A stretch of DNA of 64,000 nt. Origin: an uncultured Actinomycetes bacterium (GTDB taxonomy: Bacteria; Actinomycetota; JAICYB01). Shown piece after piece: positions 58,246 through 64,000 of the stretch (its first letter is position 1; the number at the start of each line of letters is the position of its first letter). The stretch covers positions 1,898-65,897 of the forward strand of contig CAZFOB010000017.1 of assembly GCA_964520325.1 (NCBI GenBank). Reading direction: 5' to 3'. The position numbers and the translations under genes are program-made. The notes under the pieces were generated by a model. It had not been told where the DNA came from and made no database searches. It worked only from the letters and a program-made list of their open reading frames with translations.

Positions 58246-58278
58246 GTGTTGCGCAGCTTCGTAGTCATCATTCGGTAG
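58246..58278 (+). other. leuB leader mini-ORF (GTG) LRSFVVIIR* rich in Leu/Val/Ile codons
   Basis: GTG TTG CGC AGC TTC GTA GTC ATC ATT CGG TAG. The G of the TAG is the first base of hairpin 1. A GATACT -10-like hexamer ends 10 nt upstream. Confidence 0.4.
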
Positions 58279-58337
58279 GCGGACGCCTCAGGCGTCCGCC
58301 TCAGCAGCCTCTCGTCCGAACGGACGGGAGGTTTTTT
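58278..58337 (+). promoter_or_regulatory. leuB attenuator: hairpin 1 GGCGGACGCC/GGCGUCCGCC, then terminator hairpin CCUCUCGUCC-gaac-GGACGGGAGG + U6
   Basis: Read directly. Ends 13 nt before the leuB GTG (RBS GGAGAAA). Confidence 0.55.
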
Positions 58338-58349
58338 CTTGGAGAAACC

Positions 58350-59429
58350 GTGAGCAAGAGTTACAAGATCGCAGTGATACCCGGCGACGGAACCGGCCCC
58401 GAGATGATCGGTGAGGGGTTGAAAGTGCTGGACGCCGTCGAGCAGCGTTTCGGGGTGAAGACCGAGCGCGTTGTCCACGACATCGGCACCGGCCGCTATG
58501 CACGGGACGGTGAAGTGCTTCCGGACGCCGTCCTCGAGGAGCTCAAGAGCGTGGCCGCGATCTACAAGGGACCTGTCGGCTCCCGTTATCCCGGCGACGA
58601 CGTTCCTCCGGGGATCCTCGAGCGCGGTCTCATCTTGCGTATCCGCTTCGAGCTCGACCAATACATCAACCTTCGCCCGGTGAAGCTCTTCGAAGGCGTG
58701 CCCACACCGGTGGCCGACAAAGGTCCAAAAGACATCGACTTCGTCGTCGTCCGAGAGAACACGGAGGGGATGTACTCGGGCGTCGGTGGCCTGTTCAAGA
58801 AGGACACATCGGACGAGGTCGCGCTCCAGACCAGCGTGAACACGCGCACGGGAGTCGAGCGCTGCATCCGCTACGCGTTCGATCTGGCGATGCTGCGCGA
58901 GCGGAAGAAGCTGACGCTCGTGCACAAGACGAATGTTCTGACCTACGCGGGGGAGCTCTGGGAACGCACCTTCCAGTCGGTAGGGGAGGAGTATCCCGAC
59001 GTGACGCGCGATTACGCGCACGTCGATGCGTGGTGTACCTACGTTGTGCAGTCGCCGGAGCGATTCGACGTCGTCGTGACCGACAACCTCTTCGGCGACA
59101 TCATCACCGACCTCGCCGCGGCTGTTCAGGGCGGGATGGGCGTGGCCGCGAGCGGAAATCTCAACCCTGAAGGCGTTTCGATGTTCGAGCAGATCGGAGG
59201 CACGGCTCCCGACTTCGCCGGTCTGGGCGTGATCAATCCGATGGCCGCCATCGGCGCGCTCCAGATGATGCTCGCGCATCTCGGGGAGGTCGACGCGGCG
59301 TCTGCTGTAGAAAACGGCATGGCGCAGACATTCCCGCGCCTGAACGGGATGGGCGCGGGGGAGATGGGATACTCGACCTCGGAGGTTGGAGACATGGTCG
59401 CCGCCTCCGTGACGGACTCAGGGGGTTAA
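58350..59429 (+). CDS. leuB: 3-isopropylmalate dehydrogenase
   Basis: Isocitrate/isopropylmalate dehydrogenase family (IAVIPGDGTGPE…). Next to ilvE and a LeuA paralogue. Confidence 0.85.
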   Translation: MSKSYKIAVIPGDGTGPEMIGEGLKVLDAVEQRFGVKTERVVHDIGTGRYARDGEVLPDAVLEELKSVAAIYKGPVGSRYPGDDVPPGILERGLILRIRFELDQYINLRPVKLFEGVPTPVADKGPKDIDFVVVRENTEGMYSGVGGLFKKDTSDEVALQTSVNTRTGVERCIRYAFDLAMLRERKKLTLVHKTNVLTYAGELWERTFQSVGEEYPDVTRDYAHVDAWCTYVVQSPERFDVVVTDNLFGDIITDLAAAVQGGMGVAASGNLNPEGVSMFEQIGGTAPDFAGLGVINPMAAIGALQMMLAHLGEVDAASAVENGMAQTFPRLNGMGAGEMGYSTSEVGDMVAASVTDSGG

Positions 59430-59434
59430 GAACG

Positions 59435-60349
59435 ATGCCGATCGAGAAGACGTCGAAGATCTGGATGGATGGCAAGCTCGTCGATTGGGACGATGCGAAC
59501 GTGCACGTGCTCACGCACACACTGCACTATGGGGCAGGAGTGTTCGAGGGCATCCGCGCATACAAGGCCAAGCAGGGCACTGCGGTGTTCCGCCTGACCG
59601 ATCACATGCGGCGCCTGCTGCGCTCGGCGAAGATCCTGATGATGGACGTTCCGTTCTCCGTCGAGCAGCTCGTCGACGCGACCAAACACACACTGCGGGA
59701 GAACAAGCTCGAGGCCGGCTACATCCGTCCGCTCGTGTACTTCGGCTACGGGGAGATGGGCCTGAACCCGCTCAACAACCCGGTGCAGGTTTCGATCGCC
59801 GCGTGGCCGTGGGGCACCTACCTCGGTGACGAGGGCCTCGCGCACGGCATCCGGGTCAAGATCTCGTCCTGGGACCGGATCGACGCCAACGCGTATCCGC
59901 CACAGATGAAGTCGACCGGCGGGTATCTGAACTCGATCCTCGCCAAGCTCGAAGTGCTCAAGGCCGGGTACGAGGAGGCATTGTTCCTCACGCCGAGCGG
60001 TTACATCGCCGAGGGTCCGGGCGAGAGCTTCTTCCTCGTGCGCGACGGCGTGATCTTCACACCGCCGACGTCCTCATCAGGCCTTGATTCGATCACGCGT
60101 GAATCGGTCATCACCATCGCACGCGACCTCGGATACGAGGTTCGGGAGCTGAACCTCGTCCGCACGGACGCGTACCTCGCCGATGAGGCGTTCTTCACCG
60201 GAACCGCTGCTGAGCTCACACCCATCCGCGAGATCGACGACCGCACGATCGGCGAGCCGGGCCCGATCACCAAGAAGCTGCAAGAGACCTTCTTCGCCGC
60301 GACCAAGGGCGAGGTCGAGACCTACCGGGAGTGGAATGAGTACCTCTAA
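59435..60349 (+). CDS. ilvE: Branched-chain amino acid aminotransferase
   Basis: Class IV aminotransferase motifs (FEGIRAY, catalytic K in …QMKSTGGYLNS…). Confidence 0.9.
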   Translation: MPIEKTSKIWMDGKLVDWDDANVHVLTHTLHYGAGVFEGIRAYKAKQGTAVFRLTDHMRRLLRSAKILMMDVPFSVEQLVDATKHTLRENKLEAGYIRPLVYFGYGEMGLNPLNNPVQVSIAAWPWGTYLGDEGLAHGIRVKISSWDRIDANAYPPQMKSTGGYLNSILAKLEVLKAGYEEALFLTPSGYIAEGPGESFFLVRDGVIFTPPTSSSGLDSITRESVITIARDLGYEVRELNLVRTDAYLADEAFFTGTAAELTPIREIDDRTIGEPGPITKKLQETFFAATKGEVETYREWNEYL

Positions 60350-61925
60350 AAAGGGCGGCCTCGTCCTCTTCGACACGACCCTACGTGACGGGGCCCAGAT
60401 GGAGGGCCTCACGCTCACGGTCGATGACAAGCTGCGTATCGCGCAGAAGATCGACGAGCTCGGCGTGCAGTACATCGAGGGCGGGTGGCCGGGTTCCAAC
60501 CCGAAAGACGAGGAGTTCTTCGCACGCGCCGGGAGCGAGCTCCGGCTGAAGCACGCGAAGCTCGTCACGTTCAGCTCGACGCGGCGTCCCGGTACCACGC
60601 CCGGCAAGGACCCGAATCTGCGCATCACGGTGGGGGCCGCGACGCCGGTGGTGTGCATCGTCGGCAAGTCGTGGGACCTCCACGTCCGCGAGGCGCTGCG
60701 CACGACGCTCGACGAGAATCTGAAGATGGTTGGGGAGACGGTCAAGTACCTGAAACGTCACTTCGACGAGGTGTTCTTCGACGCCGAGCATTTCTTCGAC
60801 GGCTTCAAGCGCGCTCCGGAATATGCCATGCGCGTGCTCGAAGCGGCCGCGGAGAGCGGCGCCGACTGCGTCGTGCTGTGTGACACCAACGGCGGATGCC
60901 TTCCGCACGAGATCTCTGAGATCGTGGCGCAGGTGCGCACGGGTTTTCGGGAGATCGACTTAGGGATCCATTGCCACAACGACACCGATTGCGCCGTTGC
61001 GAATTCGCTCGCGGCGGTTGATGCCGGCGCGGTCCACATCCAAGGGGCGATGAACGGCTACGGCGAACGCTGTGGCAACGCCAACATCGGCTCGATCGCC
61101 GCGAACCTCGTCCTCAAGCGAGACTCGAACGTCATCACTCGCGAGCAGCTGTCGCGCTTGACCGACATCACCCACTACGTAGCGGAGATCGCGAACGTCA
61201 CGCCGAACCTGCAACAGCCATACGTCGGATCATCGGCGTTCGCGCACAAAGCCGGTCTGCACGCATCGGCCGTCATCCGCCGCCGCGACCTGTACGAACA
61301 CGTCGAGCCGGAGCTCGTCGGAAACATCCGCCACCTCGTCGTGAGCGAGCTTTCCGGCAAAGCCACGATCTCGGTGAAGGCGCGGGAGTTCGGCCTGGAG
61401 ATCGACGACGGTGACCGCACCATCGCCGGTGTGATCCGCCGCGTGAAGGAGCTCGAGCATCTCGGCTACCACTTCGAAGCCGCCGACGCGTCCTTCGAGC
61501 TGCTCCTTCGTCGCGCAACGGGCTGGGAGCAGGAGTTCTTCTCGATCGAGAGCTTCCGGGTGATCATCGAGACCGACGCCAACGGTGCGATGTCGAGCGA
61601 GGCCACCGTGAAGCTGCATGCCAACGGTGAGCGCTACATCTCGACGGCTGAAGGCAACGGTCCCGTGAACGCTTTGGACGCAGCGCTCCGCAAGGCCCTC
61701 CTCGCGAGCTACCCGGAGCTCGCTCACATCTATCTTGCCGACTACAAAGTGCGGATCCTGAACGAGAACACCGGCACCGCGGCCACCACGCGTGTGCTGA
61801 TCGAGTCGCGCGACTCCGAGAAGGAGTGGGGGACGATCGGCGTGTCCGAGAACATCGTCGAGGCGTCGTGGGAAGCGCTGCTCGACGGCTACGTCTACGG
61901 CCTATTGCACCGTCCTCGGGCCTGA
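60336..61925 (+). CDS. cimA: Citramalate synthase-like LeuA-family paralogue (DGAQ type)
   Basis: LFDTTLRDGAQMEG (Ala for Glu vs LeuA), HCHNDTDCAVANSLAAV, about 530 aa with C-terminal regulatory domain. ATG overlaps the ilvE 3' end by 14 nt. Confidence 0.75.
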   Translation: MSTSKKGGLVLFDTTLRDGAQMEGLTLTVDDKLRIAQKIDELGVQYIEGGWPGSNPKDEEFFARAGSELRLKHAKLVTFSSTRRPGTTPGKDPNLRITVGAATPVVCIVGKSWDLHVREALRTTLDENLKMVGETVKYLKRHFDEVFFDAEHFFDGFKRAPEYAMRVLEAAAESGADCVVLCDTNGGCLPHEISEIVAQVRTGFREIDLGIHCHNDTDCAVANSLAAVDAGAVHIQGAMNGYGERCGNANIGSIAANLVLKRDSNVITREQLSRLTDITHYVAEIANVTPNLQQPYVGSSAFAHKAGLHASAVIRRRDLYEHVEPELVGNIRHLVVSELSGKATISVKAREFGLEIDDGDRTIAGVIRRVKELEHLGYHFEAADASFELLLRRATGWEQEFFSIESFRVIIETDANGAMSSEATVKLHANGERYISTAEGNGPVNALDAALRKALLASYPELAHIYLADYKVRILNENTGTAATTRVLIESRDSEKEWGTIGVSENIVEASWEALLDGYVYGLLHRPRA

Positions 61926-62686
61926 TGCGGTTCGCACGCTTCGCGGTCGGCTCGACGATCGGCTACGGCATCCTCGAGGACGACGGACGTTATCAAGCCA
62001 TCACGACAACGCCGTTCCTCCCGTGGGAGACGACCAATGAGTACTTCGATGCCTCTTCTGTGCGACTGCTGGCCCCCGTGCTGCCGAGCAAGGTCGTTGC
62101 GATCGGTCTGAACTACAAGGCGCATGCCGAGGAAACCGGCAAGCCTCTGCCCGACGAGCCGCTGATGTTCCTCAAGCCGACGACGTCGGTGATCGGACCG
62201 GGTGAGTCGATCGTGATGCCGCCGCAGTCCACGCGCGTCGATCACGAGGCCGAGCTTGCCGTGGTGATAGGCAAGGCCACGAAGAACGCGAGCGCGTCGC
62301 AGGCGGAGGCTCTGATCTTGGGGTACACGTGCGCCAACGACGTGACCGCGCGTGACCTGCAAGCCAAGGACGTCCAGTTCACTCGCGGAAAGGGCTTCGA
62401 CACCTTCTGCCCGCTCGGCCCCCACATCGTGACCGACATCGACGCCGGCGTCCTCGACATCTCATGCAGAGTCAACGGCGAGGTGCGCCAGTCATCGAAC
62501 ACCTCCGATCTGGTCTTCGACTGCGCAGAGCTCGTCGCGTTCGTGTCCTCGGTGATGACGCTGCTGCCGGGTGACGTGATCCTCACCGGTACACCCGCCG
62601 GGATCTCGCCTCTGAACGACGGCGATACCTGCGAGATCGAGATCGGATCCATCGGCGTCCTGAGCAACCCGGTCCGATCGACGTGA
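61925..62686 (+). CDS. Fumarylacetoacetate hydrolase (FAH) family protein
   Basis: FAH-fold motifs (…GLNYKAHAEE…EAELAVVIGK…). ATG overlaps the cimA stop. Confidence 0.8.
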   Translation: MRFARFAVGSTIGYGILEDDGRYQAITTTPFLPWETTNEYFDASSVRLLAPVLPSKVVAIGLNYKAHAEETGKPLPDEPLMFLKPTTSVIGPGESIVMPPQSTRVDHEAELAVVIGKATKNASASQAEALILGYTCANDVTARDLQAKDVQFTRGKGFDTFCPLGPHIVTDIDAGVLDISCRVNGEVRQSSNTSDLVFDCAELVAFVSSVMTLLPGDVILTGTPAGISPLNDGDTCEIEIGSIGVLSNPVRST

Positions 62687-64000
62687 CGCGTGTTCGCGTT
62701 CGGTTCGCCGGTGCTCCGTCCGGCGATCTCCACATCGGTAACGTCCGTACGGCGCTCTTCAACTGGTTGTTCGCACGAGCTGAGGGCGGCACGTTCATCA
62801 TCCGTGTCGAGGACACAGACCCGGAGAAGGCAAAACCGGAGCTCATCGCCCGAGGCCTCGAGACCTTCCGCTGGCTCGGCATCGACTGGGACGAAGGTCC
62901 CGAGGTTGGGGGCCCGCACGAACCGTACCGGCAATCGGAGCGCGCCGAGAGTCACCGAGCGGCGCTTGCGAAGTTGCAGGACGCCGGCGCGGTGTACCGC
63001 TGTTACTGCACCCGTGAAGAGGTCGTGGCGCGCGGAACGAAGACCGGCTACGACCGGTTCTGTCGCAACCTTTCCCGCGACCTTTCCGATGATGCCCGCG
63101 ATCGGTTTTCGGAACGTGCCTACGCGCTGCGGTTCGCCGTGCCGGAAGGCGACGTCGTTGTAGCGGACATCCTGCGCGGTGACGTGCATACCCCGTTCGA
63201 TCAGATGCAGGACTTCGTCGTCGCGCGCTCGGATGGTTCACCGACGTTCGTCCTCGCCAATACCGCCGACGACATCGCGATGGAGATCACCCACGTGATC
63301 CGCGGGATGGACCTCCTGCCCGCGGCCGCGCAGAACACATTGCTGTTCCGTGCGCTCGGTGTGGAGCCGCCGGTCTTTGCGCATCTTCCGCTGATCCTCG
63401 GGCCGGACAAGTCGCGATTGGGCGCCCGTCACGGAGCGGTCGGGGCGCTCACGTATCGCGATGCCGGATACCTACCAGAGGCATTGATGAACTACCTCGC
63501 GCTGCTGGGCTGGTCGTCACCGTCGGGCGAGGAGGTCATCGATCGCGACGGACTGATCGCCGAGTTCTCGCTCGATCGCATCCAGAGCTCCGGTGCCGTC
63601 TTCGATGTCCAGAAACTCGACTGGATGAACCAGGAATACCTGAAGAAGCTCGCGCCGGACGACCTCGAGCGCCGCGTCCTCGAGCTTGCGCCGGACACAC
63701 CGACCGAGACGTTGCGCACCGTGATCGACCTCGAGCTCATCCAGTCGCGCGTCGTGCGGCTCGCCGAGATCCCCGAAGCGATCCGGTACCTGCACGAGCG
63801 TCCCGAGATCGACCCTGCCGCGGGCGAGAAGTGGCTCGGCACCGAGGAGGCGACGAAGACGCTCACCGAGGTCGCCGAGCGCTTGCGGACGCTCCAACCC
63901 TGGGAGGCCGAGGCGATCAAGACGAGTGTGCAGGAGGCGATCGCCGAGCTCGGACAACACAGGCGTAAGGGCCCGAAGCCGATCTTCGTCGCGATCTCGG
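62683..64000 (+). CDS. gltX: Glutamate--tRNA ligase (3' end outside window)
   Basis: GTG start overlapping the upstream stop (GTGA). HIGN motif (RFAGAPSGDLHIGNVRTALFNW). KMSKS-equivalent …DKSRLGARHG…. Not in the ORF track because no stop is reached. Confidence 0.9.
   Translation, partial: MTRVRVRFAGAPSGDLHIGNVRTALFNWLFARAEGGTFIIRVEDTDPEKAKPELIARGLETFRWLGIDWDEGPEVGGPHEPYRQSERAESHRAALAKLQDAGAVYRCYCTREEVVARGTKTGYDRFCRNLSRDLSDDARDRFSERAYALRFAVPEGDVVVADILRGDVHTPFDQMQDFVVARSDGSPTFVLANTADDIAMEITHVIRGMDLLPAAAQNTLLFRALGVEPPVFAHLPLILGPDKSRLGARHGAVGALTYRDAGYLPEALMNYLALLGWSSPSGEEVIDRDGLIAEFSLDRIQSSGAVFDVQKLDWMNQEYLKKLAPDDLERRVLELAPDTPTETLRTVIDLELIQSRVVRLAEIPEAIRYLHERPEIDPAAGEKWLGTEEATKTLTEVAERLRTLQPWEAEAIKTSVQEAIAELGQHRRKGPKPIFVAIS

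Overview
This 64 kb window is a high-GC (about 68-70%) chromosomal core segment of actinobacterial type, densely coding on both strands. It holds roughly 65 protein genes. I found no rRNA, tRNA, CRISPR array, transposase or integrase. Gene order resembles the mycobacterial/corynebacterial ligA - gatC - gatA - gatB - ilvB - ilvN - serA - leuB - gltX neighbourhood, interleaved with accessory genes.

Recognisable housekeeping genes are murA, meaB, an ICM-like acyl-CoA mutase large subunit, nadA + pncA, iscS-like, mnmA, ligA, gatCAB, ilvD, ilvBN, a serC-like class V aminotransferase + serA, leuA, leuB, ilvE, a cimA-like second LeuA paralogue, and a 5' gltX fragment.

Accessory content includes a penicillin/AHL-acylase-family gene with a divergent membrane-protein/TetR operon, a NarL-type two-component system flanked by a standalone receiver and a standalone cNMP-binding protein, and tandem paralogue pairs (GNAT, VOC, M16 peptidase, PQQ-type sugar dehydrogenase).

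The most interesting non-genic signals are these:
- Three paralogous leader elements lie directly upstream of ilvB, the serC-like-serA operon and leuB. Each has a near-consensus promoter, a leaderless mini-ORF, hairpin 1, and a terminator hairpin with shared 5' arm CCUCUCGUC followed by U6.
- A tandem 44-bp duplication creates a chain of ATGA-coupled 15-codon ORFs between an enoyl-CoA hydratase and a PaaI thioesterase.
- A 20-bp perfect palindrome spans a start codon at a divergent acylase / TetR-operon junction.
- A two-gene module (unknown protein + nucleotidyltransferase-fold protein) carries a 9-4-9 palindrome over its start codon.
- GatB is fused in-frame to a membrane bPH-like domain.
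- A class III nucleotidyl-cyclase C-terminal remnant lies next to a MarR gene.

Every call rests on reading the translated ORFs and the nucleotide sequence by eye. No database search was possible.
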